NCBI GenBank assembly: GCA_965203125.1
Contig: CBDBBL010000001.1
Span: forward strand, 40,971 to 104,970
From: Gammaproteobacteria bacterium
GTDB taxonomy: Bacteria; Pseudomonadota; Gammaproteobacteria; CBDBBL01
Reading direction: 5' to 3'
Length of the DNA stretch: 64,000 bases
Below, one piece after another: positions 53,675 through 64,000 of this stretch. The position numbers were made by a program, and so were the translations under genes. Within the stretch, counting starts at the first letter, position 1. Each line of letters opens with the position of its first letter. Below the pieces are notes generated by a model. That model was not told where the DNA came from and ran no database searches. It saw nothing but the letters and a program-made list of their open reading frames with translations.

Positions 53675-54813
53675 ATATCTTTCATTGGTGTTTCACCAAC
53701 ACTTGCCAGTAAAGAATACAAACTTTTATTTAAATAATATTTCTCTCTACCTATTTTCAGCTCATCCATAACACCAATTTCAACTAATGATTTGAGGTAT
53801 TTGATTGCCGTATTACGGTGCTTGCTCAAAGTTTTTTCAAGGAACAAGGTTTTAGTGTAGGGGTAATTAAAAATGTGATTTAGTAAATCTTGCGAATAAA
53901 TCTTTGGTAACTTCTCTTTTATGAGTTGCTTATCAGTTTGCATCAGTTCTTTAATGCTCTTAATTAACTCTATAGCATGTTTGGCAGTTTGCTCTATACC
54001 TTGCAGTATAAATACAACCCAGTCTTTCCAGTTTTCAGAATCGCGAACCTCTTGTAGAAGCTCATAATACCTTGCCTTATTTTGATTAATATAACGCGAC
54101 AAATATAACACAGGCGAGTCTAGCAGCCCTTGCTTCACAAGGTATAAAATATTAACAACACGCCCTGTGCGTCCATTACCGTCGTAAAAAGGATGTATAC
54201 TCTCAAATTGATGATGGATAATTGCCATTTTTACTAGTGGGTCAAATGAATCAAGACTATCTTCATTAATAAATTTCTCTAAGTTGCTCATATAGGCAAT
54301 AATTTCTGCCTCAAGTTGAGGTGGAATATAAACGATTTCACCTGATTGCTGATTGATAATCTTTGTACCTGCCTGAGTGCGAAAACCAGCGTTATTTTTA
54401 ATCAATCTAGACTGTATTTCTTTCATTAAATTATTTGTTATTAACTGATTATCACGTACCGCTCGAAACCCATGTAGCAAGGCATGATCATAATCATTGA
54501 CCTCTTTTGCTGCTGAGCTGGTAAAAACACCTTGATTAATTTTGTTCTGAAACAACTCATCTTGCGTTGTAATAATATTTTCAATCTCTGAACTATCTTT
54601 AGCTTCTTGCAGTGACAACGTATGAATTAAAATACTTTCATTAGGAACAGTTTTGGCAAAACCTTTTAATTCTGCAAGTGCGCTTCTAGCATTAGTTATT
54701 AATGAAAGAATATCAACCTGGCTAAAATTAAACACCAAGGGTAAGGTTGGTATACGATAATCACCCAACAACTTTACATTATTGTCATGAACTGTTTTAA
54801 TTATCTCTTGCAT
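53665..54813 (-). CDS. Fic-family protein (class II, with an N-terminal inhibitory [ST]xxxE[GN] motif and a C-terminal winged helix)
   Basis: The Fic motif HPFYDGNGRTGR is present. SSEIEN is the putative inhibitory helix; 382 aa. Confidence 0.75.
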   Translation of the reverse strand: MQEIIKTVHDNNVKLLGDYRIPTLPLVFNFSQVDILSLITNARSALAELKGFAKTVPNESILIHTLSLQEAKDSSEIENIITTQDELFQNKINQGVFTSSAAKEVNDYDHALLHGFRAVRDNQLITNNLMKEIQSRLIKNNAGFRTQAGTKIINQQSGEIVYIPPQLEAEIIAYMSNLEKFINEDSLDSFDPLVKMAIIHHQFESIHPFYDGNGRTGRVVNILYLVKQGLLDSPVLYLSRYINQNKARYYELLQEVRDSENWKDWVVFILQGIEQTAKHAIELIKSIKELMQTDKQLIKEKLPKIYSQDLLNHIFNYPYTKTLFLEKTLSKHRNTAIKYLKSLVEIGVMDELKIGREKYYLNKSLYSLLASVGETPMKDMFY

Positions 54814-55850
54814 ACCAACTTCATCCGCTTACCACGAGATTCAACTTCACACTGTGATACATCTATATTCGATTTTATTCTTGCAAAAGCAACGGCTCGT
54901 CCAGTCATTGGCGTAAAACTAGCACTCGTTAATTCACCTATAATTTCCTCACCAACCCATACATACTGATGAGCACGCAACATGCCTTTATCAGCTAACT
55001 GAACATGAATTAAACGCTCAGGTATCCCTTGGTTTTTTTGCTGTTGTAATGCTGATTTACCCATAAATGTTCTTGATTCATCTTGCCAGTCCACTGTCCA
55101 CGCTAAGTTTGATGTCAAAGGTGTTTGTTTTTCATCCATATCTGAACCATATAGATTCAACCCTGCCTCTAAACGCAATGAATCCCTAGCACCAAGCCCA
55201 CAAGGAGTGACTCCCGCCTGTATCAAATCTTGCCATAATGAGACTGCTTGGTGGTTTGGTAACGCAATTTCTAAACCTGATTCTCCTGTATACCCTGTGC
55301 GAGCAACCAACTGCTCTTGACTCCAAACACAACCAAATCGCTTCATATCACGCAAAGCAGTTTGTATTTCCGTTGGCAACAAAGGTAATGCTAAAGATAG
55401 CGCCTCAGGACCTTGAACAGCTAAAATACTATAGTCCGTTAAATGAGAAATCGTCACATCAAATGACATTGCTTGTGTTTGCATCCAAGCCAAATCAGTA
55501 GTAGCAGTACCTGCATTCACGATAATCTTGTAACCAGTTTGTGTATGATAGACAATCAAGTCATCCAAAATGCCACCTTTTGCATTCAACATGCAGCTAT
55601 AAAGTGCTCGGTTACCTTGATCAATCTTACTGATGTCATTCGCCAATAAGTAGCGCAAAAACTCTCGTGCACGATCTCCTTCAACTGTCAACAATGCCAT
55701 GTGTGAAACATCAAACATGCCTGCGTGTTCACGAACAGCACGATGTTCATTCAATTGTGAGCCATAATGCAATGGCATTTCCCACCCTGCAAAGTCAACA
55801 CACTTGGCATTCAATTTTTGATGTTCAGAATAAAGAACGGTCCGCTTCAT
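54801..55850 (-). CDS. gcvT: glycine cleavage system aminomethyltransferase T
   Basis: GcvT fold; the likely start is MKRTVLY. Confidence 0.85.
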   Translation of the reverse strand: MKRTVLYSEHQKLNAKCVDFAGWEMPLHYGSQLNEHRAVREHAGMFDVSHMALLTVEGDRAREFLRYLLANDISKIDQGNRALYSCMLNAKGGILDDLIVYHTQTGYKIIVNAGTATTDLAWMQTQAMSFDVTISHLTDYSILAVQGPEALSLALPLLPTEIQTALRDMKRFGCVWSQEQLVARTGYTGESGLEIALPNHQAVSLWQDLIQAGVTPCGLGARDSLRLEAGLNLYGSDMDEKQTPLTSNLAWTVDWQDESRTFMGKSALQQQKNQGIPERLIHVQLADKGMLRAHQYVWVGEEIIGELTSASFTPMTGRAVAFARIKSNIDVSQCEVESRGKRMKLVCKR

Positions 55851-58561
55851 GCTAACTTCCCATGACACTGCTTATATTTTCTCCCCGAACCGCAATGACA
55901 AGGGTCATTACGACCAATTTTATCACCACTTCTCACAAATGGCTGAGTTGCAGATGATGATAAAGGCTCCTGTGAATTGCCATCAACAACATCACCATGA
56001 ATAAAGTTCATCGACTGTGTGGCTGCCTGCTGTGCACGTGCCGCCTCAACTTCCATTGCTTGCGGATCTTCTAGTTGAATTTCTAATTTTGCTAAGATAC
56101 TAATGATATCCATCTTCAAGCCATTGAGCATATGTGAAAACAAATTAAATGCCTCACGCTTGTATTCCTGCGTCGGGTTCACTTGTGCGTAGCTACGCAA
56201 GTTAATCCCCTGTCGCAGGTAGTCCATCGCATTCAGGTGCTCTTTCCAATGGGTATCTAAATTCTGCAAAGTCACATTTTTTTCAACTTGATGAACAATC
56301 TCTTGATCAAAACTCTCCATTTTCTGCTGATAATGCGTGATATTTTCTTGCAAAACACGTGCACGTAACTGCTCTTCATCGAGGTGATCCTCAGACTCTA
56401 ACCACTGTGCCACTGGCAAGTTTAGGTTAAAATCAGATTGCAATGCCGATTCCAACCCAGTCACATCCCACTGCTCTTCCAGACTACCTGGCGGAATAAA
56501 TTGACCCACAAAGTTTTCAATCACATCTTCACGAATAACCGCGAGTGTCTCACTAATATCATCATGCTGTAATAGCTCTAAACGCTGTTCATAAATCACC
56601 CGCCTTTGATCATTGGCAACATCATCATACTCTAGTAAATGCTTACGAATATCAAAGTTGTGACCTTCAACTTTCTTCTGCGCTTTCTCAATCGAGCGTG
56701 ATACCATTGAGCTCTCTAATGCAACCCCTTCTTTCATTCCTAAAGATTTCATCATATTCGCCACTCTTTCAGAAGCGAAAATACGCATTAAATTATCTTC
56801 AAGTGATAAGTAAAAACGACTCGATCCTGGGTCGCCCTGTCGACCAGCTCGCCCTCGCAACTGGTTATCAATGCGACGTGACTCGTGACGTTCTGTAGCG
56901 ACAATATGTAACCCACCTGCCGCAATGACTTGATCTTGCCGTTGCTGCCAAGCAGCTTCAAGTTTTGCCTTTTCTTCTGCTGATGGCTCATGATCAAGGG
57001 CTTTCAACTCAGCTTCAAAGTTACCACCTAGTACAATATCTGTACCTCGTCCTGCCATATTGGTCGCAATCGTCACAGAACCAGGCTGCCCAGCTTGAGC
57101 AATAATGGTGGCCTCTCTTCCATGCTGCTTCGCATTCAATACTTCATGAGCAACATTGGCTTGCTTCAACAATTGACTGACATGCTCTGAGCTTTCAATT
57201 GAAGCTGTACCAACAAGAATAGGCTGTCCGTTAGCTATTTTTTCCTTGATCTCTTCAACCACTGCATTGAATTTTTCTATTTGTGTACCATATACAAGAT
57301 CAGGTAAATCTTGGCGAGCAATTGGGCGATTGGTCGGAATAATCACCACTTCCAAGCCATAAATTTCTTGTAATTCGTACGCTTCCGTATCTGCAGTACC
57401 CGTCATACCCGACAGCTTGTTGTATAAACGAAAGTAGTTTTGAAAGGTAATAGATGCAAGCGTTTGGTTTTCCTGCTGAATCAACACCCCCTCTTTCGCT
57501 TCAACAGCTTGATGTAATCCATCCGACCAACGACGCCCAGCCATTAAACGCCCTGTATGCTCATCAACAATAATCACTTCTTGATTTCGCACAATATAAT
57601 CAACATCTTTATGATACAACACATGTGCTCGCAAAGCCGCATTGAAATGGTGCATCAAGGTAATGTTATTATAATCATATAAGCTTTCACCTTCTTGAAT
57701 CAGCGCAGCTTTTGTTAATAGGGCTTCAACTTTTTGATGTCCAGCTTCTGTCAAATGAACTTGTTTGTTTTTCTCATCTACCGAAAAATCACCATCATCA
57801 GCTTCTTCACTTTCTTGTCGAACCAACTCTGGTACAAATTTATTGATGGCTTTATATAATTTTGAGCTATCTTCAGCAGGTCCTGAAATAATTAACGGTG
57901 TTCGAGCCTCATCAATTAAAATGGAATCTACCTCGTCGACAATGGCAAAGTTTGGCTCTATACGCTGTACACGATCTTCCATGCGAAACGCCATATTGTC
58001 ACGCAAATAATCAAAACCAAACTCGTTATTCGTTCCATAAGTAATATCACACTGATACGCTGCTTGCTTTTCTTCAGGTGACAAAGTTGAAATATTCACC
58101 CCCACTGTCAGTCCCAGTGATTCATATACAGGCCGCATCCACTGACAATCTCGCTCTGCCAAGTAATCATTAACGGTAATAATATGCACCCCTTTCTCAG
58201 GCAATGCGTTTAAATAAGCAGCTAACGTTGCCATGAGGGTTTTTCCTTCACCCGTTCTCATCTCAGCAATATTACCTTGATGTAAGACCATTCCACCAAT
58301 TAACTGCACATCGAAATGACGCATGCCTAACACACGGAAACTGGCTTCTCGAACGACTGCAAAGGCCTCTGGCAACAAAGACTCTAGGGATTCACCTTTG
58401 GATAAGCGCGCTCTAAAATCTTGAGTTTTTGCACGCAAACCATCATCATCAAGCGCTTGAAAATGAGGTTCTAGCTCATTAATCTTACTGACGCGATGAC
58501 GCATTTTCTTGACTAATCGATCATTGCGAGTTCCAATCAATTTTGTAATTAAGCTTATCAT
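55847..58561 (-). CDS. secA: preprotein translocase ATPase SecA
   Basis: A 904-aa ORF with the C-terminal zinc motif [14 protein letters not shown]. Confidence 0.95.
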   Translation of the reverse strand: MISLITKLIGTRNDRLVKKMRHRVSKINELEPHFQALDDDGLRAKTQDFRARLSKGESLESLLPEAFAVVREASFRVLGMRHFDVQLIGGMVLHQGNIAEMRTGEGKTLMATLAAYLNALPEKGVHIITVNDYLAERDCQWMRPVYESLGLTVGVNISTLSPEEKQAAYQCDITYGTNNEFGFDYLRDNMAFRMEDRVQRIEPNFAIVDEVDSILIDEARTPLIISGPAEDSSKLYKAINKFVPELVRQESEEADDGDFSVDEKNKQVHLTEAGHQKVEALLTKAALIQEGESLYDYNNITLMHHFNAALRAHVLYHKDVDYIVRNQEVIIVDEHTGRLMAGRRWSDGLHQAVEAKEGVLIQQENQTLASITFQNYFRLYNKLSGMTGTADTEAYELQEIYGLEVVIIPTNRPIARQDLPDLVYGTQIEKFNAVVEEIKEKIANGQPILVGTASIESSEHVSQLLKQANVAHEVLNAKQHGREATIIAQAGQPGSVTIATNMAGRGTDIVLGGNFEAELKALDHEPSAEEKAKLEAAWQQRQDQVIAAGGLHIVATERHESRRIDNQLRGRAGRQGDPGSSRFYLSLEDNLMRIFASERVANMMKSLGMKEGVALESSMVSRSIEKAQKKVEGHNFDIRKHLLEYDDVANDQRRVIYEQRLELLQHDDISETLAVIREDVIENFVGQFIPPGSLEEQWDVTGLESALQSDFNLNLPVAQWLESEDHLDEEQLRARVLQENITHYQQKMESFDQEIVHQVEKNVTLQNLDTHWKEHLNAMDYLRQGINLRSYAQVNPTQEYKREAFNLFSHMLNGLKMDIISILAKLEIQLEDPQAMEVEAARAQQAATQSMNFIHGDVVDGNSQEPLSSSATQPFVRSGDKIGRNDPCHCGSGRKYKQCHGKLA

Positions 58562-58609
58562 GCAAGTATCCAGTTTTTTTATGCGTCGCCGTAGTCTATC
58601 ATAGTCACT

Positions 58610-59050
58610 ATGAAAGCCAAATCATTAAAAGATCATATCAATCGAGGCCGATATCGAAACTTGCTCACACAAGCACAGCAATCGAAACAACTCTCTCAAC
58701 TTGTGCGCTTATCCCTACCGCAGTTTAAAAATCAACTTGACGTCGGCTGTTTTCGAGATGGCATTTTGAGTCTAGTTTGTCACAGTAGTAGTATCGCCAC
58801 CCCATTGAAGTATATGTGCGCCAACTTAATTCGCGACTTAAAGATTCACCCAGAGCTCAATGAACTCAAGAAAATAACGGTTATTGTTGACCCTAAAAGC
58901 AACGTCATCAAACAGCCCTCGACAAAAAAGAAACCATTACACAAAACCAACGTCATTAGTGATCAAGCAAAACTCGCTATCGCCGAAGGCAGTGAAGGCA
59001 TTCAGGATACTAAGCTCAAGATTGCTTGGTTAAAGTTATGTACTCATTAA
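58610..59050 (+). CDS. DciA-like / DUF721 protein
   Basis: A small basic protein located between secA and lpxC, as the DUF721 gene is in other gammaproteobacteria. Confidence 0.4.
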   Translation: MKAKSLKDHINRGRYRNLLTQAQQSKQLSQLVRLSLPQFKNQLDVGCFRDGILSLVCHSSSIATPLKYMCANLIRDLKIHPELNELKKITVIVDPKSNVIKQPSTKKKPLHKTNVISDQAKLAIAEGSEGIQDTKLKIAWLKLCTH

Positions 59051-59925
59051 CTTTTCAATTCACCAAAAGTCACCAATTCATAATTACTCTCATCTTGCAA
59101 AACAGCTTCCATCAACAATTGATTAACCGCATGACCTGACTTGAAGCCTTCAAATGAAGCGAGCAAAGGATGCCCTAGTAAATATAAATCACCGATTGCA
59201 TCTAAAATCTTATGTCGCACCATCTCATCATGATAACGCAAGCCTTCATCGTTCATGATCTCATCTTGCGAAAAAACAACGGTATTATCTAAACTAGCAC
59301 CTTGCGCTAAGTTCAATGACTTTACTTTTTCATAATCTTCATAAAAACCAAAAGTACGAGCCTTTGCTACTTCATGGGTGAAGGAGGTTTTGGAAAAATC
59401 TAAAGTAATCGTTTGGTTATCATCATTGAAAGCGTGATGATCATACTCCAGCTTAAATGAAACCTTGAACCCATCGAACGGTTTCAGCGTTGCATATTTA
59501 TCGCCTTGCTTGATCGTCACTTCTTGCTTGATTTTAAGGAATTTCCGCAACTGCTTCTGTTCTTGTAACCCTACTTGCTCAATCATTTCAACAAAAGAGT
59601 AAGCACTGCCATCCATAATAGGCACTTCTCCCCCTGTCAAAACAATCAAGGCATTATCAACACCAACACCTACCAAAGCAGACAACAAATGCTCTACTGT
59701 TCCAACAGAGACTCCTTGATTTTTCAAGGTCGTTGACATCGATGTATTGCTAATATAATCAACACGCGCGGGAATAGTAATTTCACCACCCATATCTCCG
59801 CGAGAAAAAACAATGCCATGATCGGCTGGTGCTGGATGGATCGTCATCGTCACTTCTTTACCAGAATGTACTCCAACACCAGTAAGGCTCGCAGTATCCG
59901 CAACGGTTTTTTGAAATATTATCAT
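59047..59925 (-). CDS. lpxC: UDP-3-O-acyl-N-acetylglucosamine deacetylase
   Basis: A 292-aa ORF containing TLKNQGVSVGTVEHLLSAL and the HKILDAIGDL motif. Confidence 0.9.
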   Translation of the reverse strand: MIIFQKTVADTASLTGVGVHSGKEVTMTIHPAPADHGIVFSRGDMGGEITIPARVDYISNTSMSTTLKNQGVSVGTVEHLLSALVGVGVDNALIVLTGGEVPIMDGSAYSFVEMIEQVGLQEQKQLRKFLKIKQEVTIKQGDKYATLKPFDGFKVSFKLEYDHHAFNDDNQTITLDFSKTSFTHEVAKARTFGFYEDYEKVKSLNLAQGASLDNTVVFSQDEIMNDEGLRYHDEMVRHKILDAIGDLYLLGHPLLASFEGFKSGHAVNQLLMEAVLQDESNYELVTFGELKS

Positions 59926-59939
59926 GTGCTCATTGCTGC

Positions 59940-61133
59940 TTACTGTCTTTGACGCCTTAAAAAAGCAGGAATATCTAAATATTCTTCATCTTTCTCAGAT
60001 TTAGAATCTCCAGCCACTGGCGCATTAAATTGTGCATCTGTTTTTTGACGCATTACAGTAGGACGCTCTAGCTGATGATAGTCCATCGTTCCATCACGTT
60101 TCATGCTTTCCATCACTGTCGATTTTTCATCATCACACGACCCAAGCCCAGTCACAACAACAGTGACTCTAAGCTCATCCGTCATATCTGAATCAATCAC
60201 TGTTCCCACAACAACAGTCGCATTATCTGAAGTAAAGTTTTTCACTGTATCGCCAACGACCTCGAACTCACCAATCGCCATATCTAGGCCAGCAGTAATA
60301 TTCACCAGCACACCTTTTGCCCCGTTGAGATCAATATCTTCCAACAATGGACTGGCAATCGCTGCTTCAGCTGCTTCTTTAGCACGATTCTCTCCTGACG
60401 CACGCCCAGTACCCATCATCGCCATACCCATCTCACTCATCACAGTACGCACGTCTGCAAAATCGACATTAATCAACCCTGGGCGAGTAATCAGCTCAGC
60501 AATACCCTGAACAGCGCCTAGTAAAACATCATTTGCCGCTTTAAACGCATGTAATAGGCTAACATTTTTACCTAAAACAGATAGTAACTTATTGTTTGGG
60601 ATCGTAATGAGTGAATCCACATGTTTAGACAATGCAGCAATGCCTTCTTCAGCTGCATTATTACGCTTCTTTCCTTCGAATCCGAATGGCTTGGTTACCA
60701 CCGCAACGGTTAGAATACCCATTTCTTTAGCAATCTCTGCAACCACTGGCGCAGCACCCGTTCCTGTGCCACCACCCATACCTGCAGTAATAAACACCAT
60801 ATCAGTTCCGCCAAGCACTTCTTTGATACGCTCACGGTCTTCTTCTGCAGCTTGACGACCGATATCAGGATTTGCACCGGCACCCAAGCCTTTGGTTATT
60901 TGTTCCCCAAGCTGAATAACGGTACGCGCGTTCGATTTTTTGAGTGCCTGTATATCAGTATTAGCACAAATAAACTCCACACCATCAATTTGCTCTTCAA
61001 TCATGTGTTCAGTGGCGTTACCACCACCGCCACCTACACCGATGACTTTAATAATCGCGTTTTGATTATGAACATCACTTAACTCAAACATAGCTTTTGC
61101 TCCAGCATCACCTTGATGCAATTGTATCAACAT
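59940..61133 (-). CDS. ftsZ: cell division GTPase FtsZ
   Basis: [13 protein letters not shown] and [13 protein letters not shown] tubulin signatures. Confidence 0.95.
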   Translation of the reverse strand: MLIQLHQGDAGAKAMFELSDVHNQNAIIKVIGVGGGGGNATEHMIEEQIDGVEFICANTDIQALKKSNARTVIQLGEQITKGLGAGANPDIGRQAAEEDRERIKEVLGGTDMVFITAGMGGGTGTGAAPVVAEIAKEMGILTVAVVTKPFGFEGKKRNNAAEEGIAALSKHVDSLITIPNNKLLSVLGKNVSLLHAFKAANDVLLGAVQGIAELITRPGLINVDFADVRTVMSEMGMAMMGTGRASGENRAKEAAEAAIASPLLEDIDLNGAKGVLVNITAGLDMAIGEFEVVGDTVKNFTSDNATVVVGTVIDSDMTDELRVTVVVTGLGSCDDEKSTVMESMKRDGTMDYHQLERPTVMRQKTDAQFNAPVAGDSKSEKDEEYLDIPAFLRRQRQ

Positions 61134-61280
61134 ATTAATTGAAAATACGATCTTTTAAGTTCATGCTTTTGGCACAATACCATACAAATAGTTTCACAAT
61201 AGCTAGCTATTGCCCAAATTTTTGTATGGCATTCTACTCAAAATCATTTTCTTAAAACCTCACATTTTCAACTGACATGT

Positions 61281-62528
61281 CTATAAATTCGCTTTAAACC
61301 AGCCTTTCATTTTATCCCAAAGGCCTTTCATATTATCCGCGCTACCCTCTGATCTCACATACCCTTGATCAGAATGACTCGCCGCATGACCATATAGTAA
61401 CAACCCTACTGCTGTTGCATACTTTGGGCTACCCATCACATCAGTAAGTCCTTTAACATGCTGTGGCAATCCTAATCGTACTGGCAAATCAAATATATCT
61501 TCCGCCAATTCAATGCCACCGGCAATCTGTGAGGCACCACCTGTTAACACAATACCTGAAGAAACCAAATGCTCAAAACCACTGCGTCTTAACTCTGCTT
61601 TCACTAATGCAAACAATTCTTCATAACGCGCGCTGACCACATCAACTAATAACTGCGCAGACACTTTACTTTCACCACGCCCACCAACTGATTCAACAGC
61701 CACTTCATCAGGACTACTTGAGGACAATTCACGTCGCACGCTGGCATGCTTCAACTTAACTTTTTCAGCTTGTTTCGTCGGCGTGCGTAACGCAACAGCC
61801 AAATCATTGGTCACTTGATCCCCTGCTATAGGAATCACCGCAGTGTGTCGAATAGCCCCATCAGTAAAGATTGCGATATCAGTCGTACCGCCACCAATAT
61901 CAACTAAACAAACACCCAGCTCTTTTTCATCCTCAGTCAGCACCGCATAACTCGACGCCAATTGCTCAAGTATCACATCAGCAACATGCAGACCACATTT
62001 ACGCACACACTTAACAATATTTTGAGCAGCACTCACAGCACCAGAGACAATATGAACTTTGGCTTCTAAACGAATCCCCGACATCCCTACAGGTTCACGA
62101 ATGCCTTCTTGGCTATCAATGATAAATTCCTGAGGTAACACATGTAAAATTTTCTGATCAGCAGGAATCGCAACTGCACGTGCGGCATCAATAACACGCT
62201 CGACATCCGTTGGTCGCACTTCACTATCTCGAATAGCAACAATACCATGAGAATTTAAACTTTGAATATGACTGCCTGCAATCCCTGTATATGCAGCATT
62301 AATTTCACACCCTGCCATCAACTCAGCTTCTTCTAACGCCCGCTGAATCGAGTTCACAGTTGACTCTATGTTAACAACAACGCCACGCTTTAATCCACGA
62401 GATGGGTGCGACCCAATTCCAACCACATGAACATCACCTGATTCATCAACTTCTCCAACCAGCACAACGATTTTTGTTGTACCAATATCAACACCAACAA
62501 TGAGTTGCTTGTCTAATTTTTTCGCCAT
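61281..62528 (-). CDS. ftsA: cell division protein FtsA; likely start at MAKKLDKQ
   Basis: An actin-like ATPase (VGVDIGTTKIVVLVGEV). Confidence 0.9.
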   Translation of the reverse strand: MAKKLDKQLIVGVDIGTTKIVVLVGEVDESGDVHVVGIGSHPSRGLKRGVVVNIESTVNSIQRALEEAELMAGCEINAAYTGIAGSHIQSLNSHGIVAIRDSEVRPTDVERVIDAARAVAIPADQKILHVLPQEFIIDSQEGIREPVGMSGIRLEAKVHIVSGAVSAAQNIVKCVRKCGLHVADVILEQLASSYAVLTEDEKELGVCLVDIGGGTTDIAIFTDGAIRHTAVIPIAGDQVTNDLAVALRTPTKQAEKVKLKHASVRRELSSSSPDEVAVESVGGRGESKVSAQLLVDVVSARYEELFALVKAELRRSGFEHLVSSGIVLTGGASQIAGGIELAEDIFDLPVRLGLPQHVKGLTDVMGSPKYATAVGLLLYGHAASHSDQGYVRSEGSADNMKGLWDKMKGWFKANL

Positions 62529-62605
62529 AATGCTAAGGTTCTCAGAAAAGAATATAATTTTTGCTCGCAATTAAAACAAGAACCAGCGCCAAGCGCAAGA
62601 TAAAA

Positions 62606-63778
62606 CTATTGAACTTGGCGCATAAAGTAAGACTTCAACCAAGCATGCTGATTCACTTTCCGCATTCCCATACTTCGCAATAAAGTTGCCCACAAACCCT
62701 GACGCTGAAAAACATGGTTTAAAGCACTGGTTGTAGCAATCATTTTCCAAACAGCCATTTTACGCTGTCTTTGATATGGCTTCAAACTATAATCAAGACT
62801 AAAATCTCTTCTCTCTGCTCGAGCTTTTTTCACCACAGCAATCAATGCCTCAACATCTTGCAAGCCTAAATTCAATCCTTGCCCAGCTAAGGGATGAATG
62901 CTATGGGCACTATCACCAACCAAAACGACACCATGATCGACATAACGCTTTGCTTGCCGCATGACCAAAGGAAACACTTGACGAGCAGCACTATTCTTCA
63001 CCCAACCTAATTTCGAAAGAATATGGGTAGATGACTGCGTTAACACGTCACAAAACTCACTAGTTTGCATATCGACAACAGATTCGGACTCCTGCTGATT
63101 TAAAGACCAAACAACCGCACTTTTTTTTGCATCCTGCAATGGGAGATAAGCCAGCACACCTTGCTTCATAAAAGTTTGATACGCAATCTGCTGATGTGCA
63201 TACTCATGCTCCACAACAGTGCAAATGGCTCTCTGTTGATAGTCATAAGCAAACTGACTGAGTCCCAGTAAATCGCGAGTCTTAGAACTCGCACCATCAC
63301 AAATCACCAGCAACTGATAGGAACATGAAGCCTCTACCTCATCTGTTTTGATACGCACAACTTTATCCGCTAATATCTGTGTGATGTTGCTTGCCTCAAA
63401 TACATCAATAGACTGCTTCTGCCTCACTTGCTGTACCAATTGCTCACGCAGGTAATTATTCTCAACAATACACCCCAAAGAGCTCTCATTAAGATCTGTT
63501 GCAGAAAATTCCACATAAGCGTTACTTTCTTGGTCATTGACTTGTATTGATTTAAACGCAGGCTGCTCCTGTAGACTAGCTAAACCACAGCAATTCAACA
63601 ATGCTAAGGAACTCAGGTTTAAACTACTAACTCGCCCCACCTCTACTGACTCATCATGACCACTCACTGGTAACTTACTACGCTCAACTAGCCCGACCGT
63701 CAAATCATCTGGTAACAAATTAGCGAGCGCTAATCCCACAACACCCGCACCTACAATCAATATGTCATAATGTTTCAT
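62606..63778 (-). CDS. FAD-dependent monooxygenase (UbiH/UbiF/VisC family)
   Basis: A GxGxxG FAD motif (MKHYDILIVGAGVVGLALANLL) and a DGxxS motif region. Confidence 0.6.
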   Translation of the reverse strand: MKHYDILIVGAGVVGLALANLLPDDLTVGLVERSKLPVSGHDESVEVGRVSSLNLSSLALLNCCGLASLQEQPAFKSIQVNDQESNAYVEFSATDLNESSLGCIVENNYLREQLVQQVRQKQSIDVFEASNITQILADKVVRIKTDEVEASCSYQLLVICDGASSKTRDLLGLSQFAYDYQQRAICTVVEHEYAHQQIAYQTFMKQGVLAYLPLQDAKKSAVVWSLNQQESESVVDMQTSEFCDVLTQSSTHILSKLGWVKNSAARQVFPLVMRQAKRYVDHGVVLVGDSAHSIHPLAGQGLNLGLQDVEALIAVVKKARAERRDFSLDYSLKPYQRQRKMAVWKMIATTSALNHVFQRQGLWATLLRSMGMRKVNQHAWLKSYFMRQVQ

Positions 63779-64000
63779 AAAGCTATCTCATCCATACCGA
63801 GTGACACCTGTCACATTTTCAATCTGATTCTGCTCAAACTCATTATGTGAAATCCCCGCCATCTATAACAAGCATATTAACATGCTATCACAACATAAAA
63901 AATGAAGACATTCTTCTAAAAAAACTTGGTGGTTGTAATAAACAAGCATCATCAATCACTGATTGACGATGCAACGATGCCTCTTTTGAGGAAAAATCTT

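Overview
This is a 64-kb AT-rich gammaproteobacterial chromosome segment, probably from a Legionellales-like organism. The guess rests on the split gcvPA/gcvPB, csrA, a ProQ/FinO-domain gene and an infC AUU start. Only the gene content supports the organism call; nothing in the sequence confirms it directly. The backbone is ordinary housekeeping, listed in order along the window. A truncated TssA-like gene sits at the left edge. It is followed by an AI-2E transporter, csrA, a MerR gene, ihfA, pheT and pheS. After the island come rplT, rpmI, infC, thrS and tRNA-Val on the minus strand, then rpmE, dusA, recJ, tsaE, queG and nudC. An FMN riboswitch precedes ribD, ribE, ribBA and ribH, followed by rsmJ. 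The right side holds gcvPB, gcvPA, gcvH and gcvT, then secA, a DciA-like gene, lpxC, ftsZ and ftsA. Three accessory regions interrupt this backbone. (1) An island of about 17 kb at roughly 13.7-30.4 kb lies between pheS and rplT, which are normally adjacent. It carries a compact standalone reverse transcriptase (357 aa, YMDD box). The RT starts 1 nt after an outer-membrane beta-barrel gene and is followed by a small secreted pilin-like gene. The island also holds an internally deleted duplicate of that module, a split IS630 transposase, and two IS481-family copies (one intact, one decayed). Finally, it contains three tandem paralogous genes for large secreted proteins with beta-helix-like tandem repeats, one of them frameshifted. 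(2) An islet at 46-50.3 kb carries a higBA-like toxin-antitoxin pair, another beta-helix secreted protein, a type IV pilin, a secreted protein and an IS481 end remnant. (3) A class-II Fic gene plus a triple 41-bp palindromic tandem repeat is inserted between gcvT and gcvH. A MITE-like small inverted-repeat element occurs at least four times. One copy sits inside the FMN riboswitch upstream of ribD and adds an extra hairpin of about 130 nt. The RT locus is the best candidate for an undescribed system. It looks like an RT inserted into a conserved OMP plus pilin-like cassette. An RT-free paralogous cassette at 3.6-5.1 kb supports this reading.
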